Shown here: one piece after another, positions 1-11,528 of the stretch
How positions within the stretch are numbered: the stretch's first letter is position 1
How the letters are laid out: every line of letters starts with the position of its first letter
Assembly: GCF_006345805.1 (NCBI RefSeq)
Contig: NW_021824056.1
Span: 1-20,075, forward strand
DNA from: Octopus sinensis
Taxonomy: Eukaryota
DNA length: 20,075 bases
Direction: 5' to 3'
Made by a program: the position numbers and the translations under genes
The notes under the pieces: model-generated
Database searches by the model: none
Told to the model about the DNA's origin: nothing
Seen by the model: the letters and a program-made list of their open reading frames with translations, nothing else

Positions 1-1781
1 CAAACTCTCGTTGTATGCTGTTTGCTAGTATCAAATATACGTTGTCCTTAAATTTTCCTTAAATTATTCATGCTTGCCCCCTCTCGTTGTACGCTGTTTG
101 CTAGTATCAAGTATACTTTGTCCTTAAATTTTCCTTAAGTTCTTCATGCTTGCCCCCTCTCGTTGTATGCTGTTTGCTAGTATCAAGTATACGTTGTCCT
201 TAAATGTTCCTTTAATTATTCATGTTTGCTCCCTCTGGTTGTATGCTGTTTGCTAGTATCAAGTATACGTTGTCCTTACATTTTCCTTAAATTATTCATG
301 TTTTCTCCCTCTCGTTGTATGCTGTTTGCTAGTATCAAGTATACGTTGTCCTTAAATTTTCCTTAAGTTATTCATGTTTTCTCCCTCTCGTTGTATGCTG
401 TTTGCTAGTATCAAGTATACGTTGTCCTTAAATTTTCCTTAATTATTCATGTTTGCTCCCTCTCGTTGTATGCTGTTTGCTAGTATCAAGTATACGTTGT
501 CCTTACATTTTCCTTAAATTATTCATGTTTTCTCCCTCTCGTTGTATGCTGTTTGCTAGTATCAAATATACGTTGACCTTAAATTATCCTTAAATTGTTC
601 ATGTTAGCTCCCTCTCGTTGTATGCTGTTTGCTAGTATCAAGTATACGTTGTCCTTAACTTTTTCCTTAAATTATTCATGCTTGCTCCCTCTCGTTGTAT
701 GCTGTTTGCTAGTATCAAGTATACGTTGTCCTTACATTTTCCTTAAGTTATTCATGTTTTCTCCCTCTCGTTGTATGCTGTTTGCTAGTATCATGTATAC
801 GTTGTCCTTAAATTTTCCTTAAATTATTCATGCTTGCTCCCTCTCGTTGTATGATGTTTGCTACTATCAAGTATACGTTGTCCTTACATTTCCCTTAAAT
901 TATTCATGTTTTCTCTCTCTCGTTGTATGCTGTTTGCTAGTATCAAGTATACGTTGTCCTTAAATTTTCCTTAAATTATTCATGCTTGCCCCCTCTCGTG
1001 GTATGCTGTTTGCTAGTATCAAGTATACGTTGTCCTTAAATTTTCCTTAAATTTTTCATGCTTGCTCCTCTCGTTGTATGCTGTTTGCTACTATCAAGTA
1101 TAAGTTGTCCTTACATTTTCCTTAAGTTATTCATGTTTTCTCCCTCTCGTTGTATGCTGTTTGCTACTATCAAGTATACGTTGTCCTTACATTTTCCTTA
1201 AATTGTTCATTCTTGCTCCGTCTCGTTGTATGCTGTTTGCTAGTATCAAGTATGCGTTGTCCTTAAATTTTCCTTAAATTATTCATGCTTGCACCCTCTC
1301 GTTGTATGCTGTTTGCTAGTATCAAGTATATGTTGTCCTTAAATTTTCCTTAAATTATTCATGCTTGCCCCCTCTCGTTGTATGCTGTTTGCTAGTATCA
1401 ATTACACGTTGTCCTTAAATTTTCCTTAAGTTATTCATGTTTGCTCCCTCTCGTTGTATGCTGTTTGCTAGTATCAAGTATACGTTGTCCTTAAATTTTC
1501 CTTAAATTATTCATGCTTGCTCCCTCTCGTTGTATGCTGTTTGCTAGTATCAGGTATATGTTGTCCTTAAATTTTCCTTAAATTATTCATGCTTGCCCCC
1601 TCTCGTTGTATGCTGTTTGCTAGTATCAAGTATACGTTGTGCTTAAATTTTCCTTAAATTATTCATGCTTGCCCCCTCTCGTTGTATGCTGTTTGCTAGT
1701 ATTAAGTATACGTTGTCCTTAAATTTTCCTTAAATTATTCATGATTGCAACCTCTCGTTGTATGCTGTTTGCTAGTATCAA
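1..1781. repeat. Tandem array (minisatellite/satellite), 76-bp unit, 23 full copies plus a partial copy, open at window start
   Basis: CTCTCGTTGTATGCTGTTTGCTAG recurs at 5, 81, 157, 233 ... 1676, 1752. The period is 76 bp, with two 75-bp units and one 77-bp unit. The array stops abruptly after GCTAGTATCAA at 1781. Confidence 0.98.
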
Positions 1782-2021
1782 CATCTCTTTATTACAATTA
1801 TAAAAATTAATACATAGAAAGACGACGAATACAGGACATACATACATACAAGAAAATTTAAGAGAATCGATTAAAAAGTTTCGTTTGTATTCGTTATAAG
1901 TAATTTTTTTGCGTAACTAGTGTTACACACTTGTAGCTGACCTTTGTGCTTTTACTGGAGCTTTCACACCCCGGCAATTGTTGAGGCCCCGCAGCTTCCA
2001 CTTCCTCTCTCTCCTCCATGG

Positions 2022-5000
2022 TCAAGCTGGCCTTCTCGTACCCACCTTTCTTTCCACTTCCTTCCATCTATTCGCATACACTCCCCCCGGCAGGGTCCCT
2101 CTCCTCCCATCCCATCTTGTCTTCTCAGATGATATCTGAAGTAGGTGAGCAAGCCGGGCCCGGAGAAACAAATGACCCTGTCGCGGTTCCTTCCATTCTC
2201 GTTCTCCACATGCATTCCTTTACCACTGCACACCGTGCAGTGCGTGAAACATGCCTCACCTTCCGCGAGTCCAGTTGGCGTTATCATCTTAATCATACTC
2301 AGCCGACAGCTGTACTCGTCCCAGATGCGATAACACGTGTTCTCTGCGTAACTTATCAAGTCGTTTCAACTTCCGACAATGAAAAAAAGCGTGCTGAACG
2401 TTTCATCGTCCCCCGCATCTTTGACACGTCGGTGGCACTGGAACTCCGTGCCGTGATAACTTTTCGCGAACAGGTAAAGCATTCCTGTAGCACTGCCAAG
2501 CCAGGGATCTTTGGAATATATCCAAATACCCCGACCTGAACGTTTTCTTAAACAGATTGGCAAGCTGGTTTTCATCAAACCCCAGAGCCCCTCCTAGGAC
2601 GTCATCGTTTTTACCTTCTACCAGCCCTCTATAAAATACCGGGTGGTATTTCCGCAGCCGGCCTTGCCCGTCCTGTGGATCAGCGTGAGTGCCTGTCGGC
2701 ACTCTCTTTGCCATGGAGTCAGATTGCATCTTCTGATGTAACCGGGTTTTTAAAATTAACTAAGGAGGCCGGTCTCGGAAAAAATCCTTCTGCCAACGAC
2801 TCCACACCTTATCACCTACCTTCCAGGTGTGCCAGAGATGTCTTAGTCTCAACGCATGTCTGCGCTCATCAACCAAGGCATTCCTAATCCCACCCTTTAA
2901 CGGTTCTTGACAGCACACGGAGCGTCTCACAAGTGGCTTTCCTCCTCCTCCACAAAAAGCGGAAGAGGGCTCGTTCCAACTTGTTAAGCCATGAGTCGGG
3001 GCAAGGGACGACGGTCAGGCGGTAGGTGATACGGATGCAATAAACATCTGCACCACCTCCGCCCTTCCTTTCAAGGACAGAGACCCTTCCGGACCAGGTC
3101 CGTATTATGGCCTCCACCTTGCCCGTCACCTCGCTCCAGTTCTTCTCCGTTTGGGGTCGCGGGTCCAAACCAGACTCCCAGCAACTTAACAGGGCCATCC
3201 GTCCAGTGTCCCACAACACTGGACAATAACGGCTTGTTCCTCCAGGTGCCGAGGCGCAAGCCGACCGATTTGTCCCTGTTAACCTTTGCTCCTGCCAACC
3301 TCCACCCGCCTCGTATCCTCTGATAGCCTCCTCTACACCGGGTAGTTGGGCCTCCTTGGACACGATGAGGGTGATGTCATCCGCATAGGCAGTGACCGAC
3401 TCCCACCTCCGATTCCATCTGAGTTACTCCCCAGCCTCTCCAACCTTCGCAGTAGTGGCTCGAGAGCCAATACGTACAAAAGTGGTGACAAGGGGCAACC
3501 CCTGACGTACTGAACATTCGATCGAAAACGGTTCTGTTAGGTAACCGTTTATCTGGACGGTGGACTTGATGCCGCTGTACTAGCGGAGATCCACCCGCGG
3601 ATTCGGGACCCAGTCCGGTCGCTTCGAGGAACCGCCGCCAGGTACCCATGGTCTACCCTATCGAAGGCTTTACTTTGGTCCAAGTGGACCATTACCACCA
3701 CCTTTGCCGGTTACTTTACCCACCCTATCTAAGGTGTAGCGTATAAGGTGAAGGTTGTCCTGGATCGACCTGCCTGGATTGCCATGTCTGTGCTCTCCCT
3801 ACAAGTTTCTCCACGACAACCGTCAACCTTTTTGCTAACACCTTGGCCAAAATCTTTAACTCTACCTAAGTAGAGTTATGGGCCTGTAGTTACTAATCAT
3901 ATCCCCTTTGCTCGGGTCTTTCTGGATTAGCGTCACCACCCCCGGCTTACAGAACTGGGAATTCTCCCGTCTGCTGCCAGTTCGTGTAGACGCCTGCCAG
4001 TATTCCCCCGAACAAATCCGGCATATTTTGGTAAAACTCGTAGGGCAGACCATCCGCCCCGGCGATTTCTCCCCGGCGCACTCGGCAGCACTTCCCTTAT
4101 TTCCGCGAGTGATCGCTCCCTCCCAGCACTCCGCCTCACGCCCCGCAGCCGCGGCCCGCCGGCCAGGAAGTCCCTTAATGCACTCCCCCGGTCCAGCGGC
4201 CACCACCCCGCCCAACACCGCGCGCGAAATGCTGGTGAAGAAACTTTTGCATCTCCTCCTGTCCTAGATCTTTGTCCCTGTTCGCCAGTCAAGATTTTAT
4301 TGAGGCTCTGTTGCCTCTCTTACTCCCACACACGACGGCCCATCCGGCTACGTTAACACCTTCTCGTTCCCCGGCGCGCAGCTTAGCTCTGCTGACTCTG
4401 CAACCTTCGTGTTTGGAGTCAAGTGTCGGTACAATACCGTCCTTGCCGCCAGTACTCTCGGATGCAGAGCCAGCTTCCATTGCCTCGTCTAGATTCTTAA
4501 CTAAATCGCCCTCTAGACTACCCTATCTGTCCTTATCTGATTGCTAAATCTAACGGACTCTAATCGAATGGCTCTTTTTAGGGCGTGCCACCATCTATTG
4601 TTAATGACGGTGCCGCACAATGCCCTCTGAACTAACTCCTTAATCCGGGTACGGAAGTCTTCACAATTCAAAATAGCCTTGTTCAGCTTCCGTACCCGGT
4701 CCCTGTCTATGACACTTGTCTAATTGCACCTCACACACGTCACAAACTTGTGATCCGAGTAAGGTACAATATGAAATTGTGGACAACTAAACGTATCCTT
4801 ATCTCTTTTTTTATAATTAATCCTATCTAGGTACGATCTGTGTGAGCCGTCGTTGTTACTCCACGTCCACTGTGTGAACGCTCGGCTCATCCAGTCGGTA
4901 ACGGCACTAGATCAAAGCTCTCCTCCAGTAGACCCTTGAGGCTGGATTCCCCTTCCTATTAGTTGAGCCAACACTGTCGATGTGTGCGCTTCAAGGACAG

Positions 5001-5420
5001 TGTTAAAGTCCCCTACTAGTATTACTGTTTTCGACGTCGCCAGAAAGGCTCCAGGCTTCGAAAGAAACCCGTCTGTCTACCCTCGTTCGGGGCGTAGACA
5101 GCTACCACCTGAAGGACTGTTTACTTGCGTGAGTCACATCCAGACAACCAGCCGTCCTTCTGGGTCCAGAAAGACAGTACTTACCTGCAGGTCCAAGCTC
5201 TTCCTGATGAAGACTGCCACGCCTCTTCTCCTCCTCCTCGGCTAGGAGAAATAAATTTCTCGAAACCATTTAGAAAGGTGAGAACGCTTGGGTCTCGCTC
5301 ATCTTGGACTCGGTTACGAATAGCAACATCTATACCTTGTGTCGTGAGGTCGTTCAGGAAACAAATTTGTTTCCATTTCGACCCCATTCCACGTATGTTT
5401 AGGCAGCCCAGCTTGGCCAT
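2022..5420 (-). pseudogene. Tx1-like ORF2: APE endonuclease, reverse transcriptase and zinc finger, with many frameshifts
   Basis: APE motifs: MAKLGCLNIRG (ATG 5420), LVAVYAPN, ILVGDFN (~5005), SYLDRI, YSDHKFV (~4750). RT motifs: KSPGADG, NYRPITLL, LDQSKAFDRVDH (~3660), SVRQGCPLSPLLYVLALEPLL, AYADDIT (YADD 3376-3387). Zinc finger CQRC..ET.QHAFFHC (~2365-2420). The stop position is approximate. Confidence 0.92.
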
Positions 5421-6776
5421 TGTGGGCGAGGGAGGAAAATAATTATACTCACGGTTGTGAAAGGGACCGGCGGTCTGATTTTGCCTGCTTCCCTTTCCTT
5501 CCGCTACTGCAGGGCCTTTGACCGGCGTTGCCACTGGGCTCTGGGTTGGTGTGGTTGCCGGGGTTATTGTTAGTTTTCCTTCTAACAACACCTCTTTGGT
5601 GACATCTCTTATTAGGCGGCTTCTTCAGGTGTTCCTGAAGAACCTCCTCCTTCCATTCGTTCTCTCTCGCCTACCTTGGCGAAGCGCGCAATTGCTTTTT
5701 CATCTGAGGTCTGCTATACAGCATGAACCTCGACAGTTTGCAGCATTTGTAAACTTTTTCGTTTTTTTCGTTTTTTTCATCAAACGCAATTATTTTTTCA
5801 TTTTTCAATAAACATTTTTTAGGATCTTGTTTTACGGGGAGGGGCTTGGCAAACTGTTTTCCAATGAAAACATGCCGTGGGGGTAGGGTTGGGGATTTGT
5901 TTAATGTGTGTGTCTGCAGTGTTAGTTGTTTTTTCCTTGTTTGGGGAGGGGAGTCCAGGGTATTTTCTTTTTTTCTTTTGTGCGTAACTGGGTGTATTCC
6001 ATCGGTTCTATTTGGTCTATTTTGGCTTCCGTATTTGTCTTGGTCGTTTTGTTGTTCTTCTTAGCTTCCTCTCCCTCCGCATTGGGTACACTTGGAGGGG
6101 CCGCATCTTCTGTTCTTTTTTTCCTGATGCAATTGGAACGGACGTGACCCTTTTCTCCACACTTGAAGCATCTGGTCTTCGTCCTTCCACCGACACTCTC
6201 ATGGACGTGCCATCCTCGTTAAAAATCCTGTCAGGCAGGCTCTCCAAGATCTTGTTCTCTGCCTGTACGAGGAGCTCCAGAGTCTGACCCCTCCAACGTA
6301 CCGCTTCCTTCCTTCTCATTTGCAGTATGTTCATTTCGCGTTCCACATCATGTAAGACCGCCGCTGCTACCCACATGGTGTCGTATCCTCGGGTATGTCT
6401 TCAACCGTTACCTTTGCGGTTCTCTTCCCCATATACGAGGGTAGCAGCATGATGTCGTCGTTTTTAAGGGTCAACGACGACACCTCCTTCGCCACACTCT
6501 GCCGTGTCAAAGTGTGCTTCGATCGTGGCACTTCGTGCACCTCTCACTATATGGCGAATTTTATCCCACACGGGGCCAAGCATTTCTCAACGGTTTCGTT
6601 TTTTACTTCCATGATCTTTTTTTTCTTTAAAGTTGTACACTTTATAGATTACGATCTTTCCTTAATTTCTTGCAATTTCTTGCACCTTCGCTTGCGGCGG
6701 CACAAGCCTTATTTCTCCTCCTTCTAGTGTTTACCAAATTCCTATATTCGTACAGTTGTTCAATCTTGAATTCTAT
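5421..6776 (-). pseudogene. Tx1-like ORF1 (gag-like nucleic acid binding protein), frameshifted
   Basis: VSVEGRRP is followed, after a 1-nt shift, by CFKCGEKGHVRSNC (CX2CX4HX4C, 6129-6170) and then a low-complexity K/T/P-rich tail. Confidence 0.85.
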
Positions 6777-7035
6777 CTGAAAGAACCCGTCGTATATAGT
6801 ATATATATATGCGTGTGTGTGTGTTTGTGTGTCGGTGTTTGTCCCCCTATCATTGCTTGACAACCGATGCTGGTGTGTTTATGTCCCCGTTACTTAGCGT
6901 TCGGCAAAAGAGACCGATAGAATAAGTACTGGGCTTACAAAAGAATAAGTCCCGGGGTCGAGTTGCTCGATTAAAGGCGGTGCTCCAGCATGGCCGTAGT
7001 CAAATGACTGAAACAAGTAAAAGAGAAAAGAGAGA
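6777..7035 (+). mobile_element. Headless copy of a tRNA-derived SINE (same family as 19302-19674)
   Basis: CTGAAAGAACCCGTCG, internal (TA)(TG) tract, and body GTTTGTCCCCCTA...GGGGTCGAGTTGCTCG match the reverse complement of 19302-19530. The tRNA head is absent. AAGAG-type tail. Confidence 0.88.
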
Positions 7036-7094
7036 AAGAGGAGAAAAATAAACTGAGCCCCTTACTGGGTAGCACCCACTTACATAATTCCAAA

Positions 7095-7200
7095 AGGCAT
7101 GATTTAAAGTGTTTAGTTCAGTACTCAGGGTTCGAATCCCATGGAAGTCAGTTTATTCTTTCACCATTTTCGGGTCAATGAAATCAATAAGTGAACCTTT
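7095..7200 (+). mobile_element. Degraded tRNA-derived SINE fragment
   Basis: B box GGGTTCGAATCCC at 7128-7140. Downstream sequence resembles the reverse complement of the SINE body at 15960-16040. Confidence 0.55.
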
Positions 7201-7254
7201 TCCAATCAACAATTTTTGTATTATCAATACAAAACTTTAACACAGAGTGTGTGT

Positions 7255-7375
7255 GAATATAGATAGAGAAAGAGGGAGAGAAATAAAGGAGAATGAAAGA
7301 ATGAAAGAGAAAAGAAAGGAAGCAAAACAATGTGTGAGATATAGAGAGAGATGGAATTAGAGACAGAAAGACAGA
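7255..7375. repeat. GA-rich low-complexity tract
   Basis: Imperfect (AG)n/(AAAG)n runs just past the TM3-exon donor. Confidence 0.7.
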
Positions 7376-7390
7376 AGCCGCCATACATAC

Positions 7391-7537
7391 CCAGGCCAAA
7401 ATTGAACACTTCTTAATAAAGATGACTGATATGTGTTGAATACAACAACGACGCCCAGGAAAATATGAAGTGCTTCTACAACAGCCATCCAGATGAAAGA
7501 ATGTCAGAAGGAAGTAGTGTAACAGAGCAGCCACTGC
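7391..7537 (-). CDS. Adhesion GPCR exon 5 in window: TM3-ICL2-start of TM4, carrying two compensating indels
   Basis: Acceptor TTGTTGTTTTTGTAG, then phase-0 AVAALLHYFLLT. A shifted frame gives SFIWMAVVEALHIFLGVVVVFNTYQS, then back in frame FIKKCSILAW, then donor GTATGT. Matches the HYFLLxSFxWMxxEA motif of family B2 7TM domains. Confidence 0.88.
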
Positions 7538-7771
7538 CTACAAAAACAACAAAGTTAATGATATGTAACACACACACAAGGCATTGAATCTGTATATTTT
7601 TGCAGAGGTGGCGTATAGATGCCAGGCCTTGATTGATATTTATATAGTGACCCAGAGGGATAAATATTAAACAGATCTTACTGAAAAATCAACAGAAAAT
7701 TCAGAAAAACGTCATTCAATATAAAAGTATTTCGTTTCATGTTTTTACCAATTCACCACATTACCATTATG

Positions 7772-7789
7772 TACTACTACTACTACTAC

Positions 7790-7849
<60 letters not shown>
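7772..7849. repeat. (TAC)n microsatellite, about 26 units with one TAA interruption
   Basis: Read directly. It abuts the 5' end of the R4/Dong-like element. Confidence 0.98.
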
Positions 7850-10800
7850 CCAAATTAAGCCCCCAAAGTTCACCATCACAACGACCAGAAAATCAAAAAA
7901 GTAAAAGAACTAAATGGAACCGGGAAGAATATAAAGAAGTAATATATGCTTATTACTTTGCATTAAGTAGGCCAACCCAAGAAAAACACACACCGCAACT
8001 CCTACAGAATTTGGAGGAGGCTGGAATCCAGCTAGCAGACCAAACCTGGATGAAAACAGATTAGCAAATGTTAGAAGAATATCTTCAGAAATACCAGACT
8101 CACAGATGCAGAATTAACCTCTATCAAAAAAGGTAGAGAATGACCTAAATGCAAGTCAGGAAGAAATAACGAAGCTGAGGAGAGGAATGTTGGGCCACAA
8201 GTATTGACTGAAAGGCGACCATCTGCCGAATCGACTCAAGATCCTGAAGAAGAAGGAAAATTGACCCTAGAAAAAACAGCCCGGAAAATGATGTCGAAAC
8301 AGATTTTGAAAATCACATGTCTGTTGAAATGAAGCAAGAAGTTCTGAATGAGATTGCAGTTGTAGGGCATACAACTATGAATGATAGGGAACCACACTAA
8401 CATAAAACACAAATAAAAATTGGCAACTGCGTTACACAGGAAATCATACAACAACTAAAACCCGATCTTAATAAATTAAATGAAATTATTTACTCTGTCG
8501 CTAAGGTAATCGAAAGACGCTGTTTAACACACCCAAAAAGCCAGCAATACCAAATTCGAAAAGAAAATCAAACTGGAGAGTAGAATTGAAACTGAAATTG
8601 AATCATTGCGAAGGGATATCAATAATAACTGAGCTAATCTCTGGAATGATGTAAGATCAAAAAAGGCAGGAAGATTGTTGAGAAAATATGGACATTCAAC
8701 AAGAGAAGAACTAATCTCATCAGCGAAAGAAACACTTAACAAAAAGTTCAAGCAAAAGCTCAGAGAATACGCAGATTTGAGAAAAGAATCACATTCTACA
8801 AACAAAATATGTTCAAATCCAATGCCAAATCATTTTACAGGGAAATAGGGAAAGAAAAAATAACCATTGAAAATCCACCCCTAATGGAAGAAGCTGAAAA
8901 CTTTTGGAAGGGGATCTGGAGTGATGAGAAACCATACAATGAAAATGCAGAGCGGATCAAACGCACCCAAGATGACTACAAAAATCTACAAGAATAGGTA
9001 TGGGAAGACATCTCAATCGCCGACCTAAGGAGAGCACTAACGAAGGCTCATAAGTGGAAATCCCCTGGTATTGATAGAGTACCAAATTTCTGGCTCTCAT
9101 CACTCTCGTCCGCACACAAAATGTTAGTAATACTATTTAATAGTATTATGAAAGACCCGGAAAAAACACCACATTGGATGGCAAATGGTATTACTACCTT
9201 CCCCTCTCCCCAAAAAAAACAAAACGAAAGACCCAAAAAATATCGGCCTATAACATGTTATCTACTACCTATAAGATCTTGACATCTATTCTAGTAGAGA
9301 AAACATATACATTTATGGAAAAGAATAACCTCTTTTCCCACTGAACAAAAAGGATGCAGATGAGGCTATACGATGCAAAGATCAGCTCCTAATTATTCGC
9401 ATGATCCTTGAGAACTGCCATAACAAGCGCAGAAATCTCAGCTCTTCATGGATTGATTATAAAAAAGCCTTTGACAGCATACCACATTCGTGGATTCTGA
9501 AATCGCTGGACATTTTCAAAATTTCTCCTGTGATTTCAGATTTTTAAAGATATATGGAACACGAAGCTCCAATTATATCATTCTAATGGAGTATTGCACT
9601 CAAACAACATTAGCATAAACTGTGGAATTTTCCAAGGTGACTCACCTTCACACTAATATTCTGCATAGCACTAATACCACTCTCAAGTGAACTGAATAGA
9701 ACAGGATATGGCTCCAAAATTGACAAGAAATAAGCCATCTATTTTATAGGATGACTTAAAGACTAAGCTATGGCAAAGATGATGAAGAGCTTGAAGGATT
9801 ATTACATACTGTGAAAGGATTCAGTGATGATATCGGGATGGAGTTTGGCCTTGAAAAGTGTGCCAAAGCCACTTTAAGAAAGGGAAATTGGTAAAGTCTA
9901 GTTCAATCGAATTAGATGTCGAAACAGTAATAAAGGAATTTGAGCAGGAACGAAATCTATAAATACCTCGAAATAAATGAAGGCTCTGGTATCCAGCATG
10001 CAAGCATGAAAGAGAAGGTTAGGAAAGAATGTTATAGAAGAGTTTGAACAGTCCTGAAGTCTTAGCTGAATGCATATAATAAGGTTTTAGCCATAAATTC
10101 CTTAGCAGTACCAGTTGTTCTTTATAGCTTCAATGTGCTTAACTGGAATACTAGTGAAATAATGAAAATTGACAGGAAAATCCGCAAGCTACTGACTTGT
10201 AATAAGATGCACCATCCAAAGGCAGACGTGGATCGCCTTTACCATCCCAGAGCTCAGGGAGGTCGAGGTTTGATCCAGCTTGAACTTACATACAAAACCA
10301 CCACAATCGGACTAGCCTTGAAGCAACCAACGATTGGATGCTAAAACTTGTTGAAAAACATGAAAGACCTAAACAACTTCACTCTATTCTGAAAGAGAGC
10401 AAAAAATTCGCTGCTGATCTCTTAGATACCCGCCAGATTGAGCAGGCTGAAGGAAATGCGCCAACTGCAGCTGCAAAGAAAATAAAATTAGTTGCAAAGA
10501 CAAGAGCACGTGAAAATTTCTAGCAGATGGGAACAGAAACCTCTGCATGGCAAGTATGTGGCCCGTAGCAAACAAGCTGATGTCGACCAAAAACCACGCC
10601 CCAATCGTTACGAAGTTCAGGGCTAAAGCATAGAGTGAAGGTTTCATATTAGCTGCTCAGACCAAAGATTATTTACCCGGAACTACCAAGCCAATGTGAT
10701 GAAAAATGGAGCTGACCCAAAATGCCGATTCTGTAACGCTGAGATTGAAACAATAGACCACCTAATCTCAGGGTGTAGAGTCTTAGCACCTGCAGAATAT

Positions 10801-11460
10801 AAAGCAAGACATGACAGAGTCGGCCAGTATTTACACTGGACAATATGTCGGGATTATAAGATCAAAACCGCTGACAAATGGTATAAACATCATCCTGAAG
10901 CTGTGACTGAGGGAGAAAATGTGTCGATTCTATGGGACTTCCCCGTGCAGACCGACAGGACTATAAAAGCCAATAAACCGGAAATCATTATAAAAGATCA
11001 GACAAAAAGGATGTGTTTATTAATTGACATGAGTATTCCCTGTGATCACAATATAGCGGCGAAAGAATTTGACAAGATTAGTAAATATAAAAACCTGCTA
11101 ATGGAAATTGAAAAAATGTGTCATCTCAAGGCGACTACAGTACCAGTGATTGTAGGATCTCTAGGAATGATAAAAAAAGGCACTGAAACCTATTTGAAAA
11201 TGATTCCAGGCTTACCATCCCTACAGGAAGTGCAAAAAATCGTATTAACTGGAACGGCTCATGTACTGAGAAGAGCACTATCGCTGTGAAAATAACATCC
11301 ATCCATAAATTTATTTATTTATTAATTTTTAAATACATATTTTATCTGTGAATTTGCGCGTGTAATCTGGGAATGCATACAATGCCCTTCTCTGCCCTAG
11401 GTGTATGGAAAACACTCGGCGAGAAACGGAAGAAAATTTGAAGAAAGAAGGAAAAAACAT
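7850..11460 (+). mobile_element. R4/Dong-clade non-LTR retrotransposon (RT plus restriction-like endonuclease), ~3.6 kb, 5'-truncated, decayed
   Basis: One long disrupted ORF with RT, CCHC and RLE motifs, a ~170-bp 3' UTR, and an end at a (TAA)n run. Confidence 0.9.
7862..11289 (+). pseudogene. R4/Dong-like RT-RLE polyprotein with stops and frameshifts
   Basis: KRTKWNREEYKEVIYAYY; KWKSPGIDRVPNFWL; YRPITC; WIDYKKAFDSIPHSWIL (~9450-9500); GIFQGDS; ISHLFY(M)DDLK with a 1-nt loss (~9745-9755); MEFGLEKCAK; CRFCNAEIETIDHLISGC; RHDRV; ILWDFPVQTDRTIKANKPEIII; LLIDMSIP; stop at 11287-11289. Confidence 0.92.
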
Positions 11461-11469
11461 AATAATAAT

Positions 11470-11514
<45 letters not shown>

Positions 11515-11528
11515 TATAATAATAATAA
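11461..11528. repeat. (TAA)n microsatellite
   Basis: Read directly. It lies at the 3' end of the Dong-like element. Confidence 0.97.

Larger units (their letters stand above)
1782..6776 (-). mobile_element. L1/Tx1-clade non-LTR retrotransposon, ~5 kb, 5'-truncated within ORF1, frameshifted
   Basis: Minus strand shows an ORF1 CCHC knuckle, then APE, RT and a C-terminal CCHC finger in canonical order. AATAAA lies at 1788-1793 (minus). No poly(A) tail or TSD is visible. Confidence 0.93.

Noticed and set aside
1-80. 76-bp unit as a tRNA-derived or CRISPR-like repeat
   Set aside because: There are no A/B boxes or cloverleaf on either strand and no unique spacers. The context is eukaryotic.
595-822. 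75-aa ORF in the tandem array
   Set aside because: It spans exactly three 76-bp units and exists only because variant bases remove stops. The unit length is not a multiple of 3.
5181-5591. Apparent in-frame ORF1-ORF2 fusion
   Set aside because: The element is riddled with indels, so read-through at this junction cannot be taken as the native organisation.
2018-5811. Plus-strand ORFs over the Tx1 element (e.g. 2018-2539, 3908-4267)
   Set aside because: They are antisense shadows of GC-rich LINE coding sequence with no recognisable motifs.
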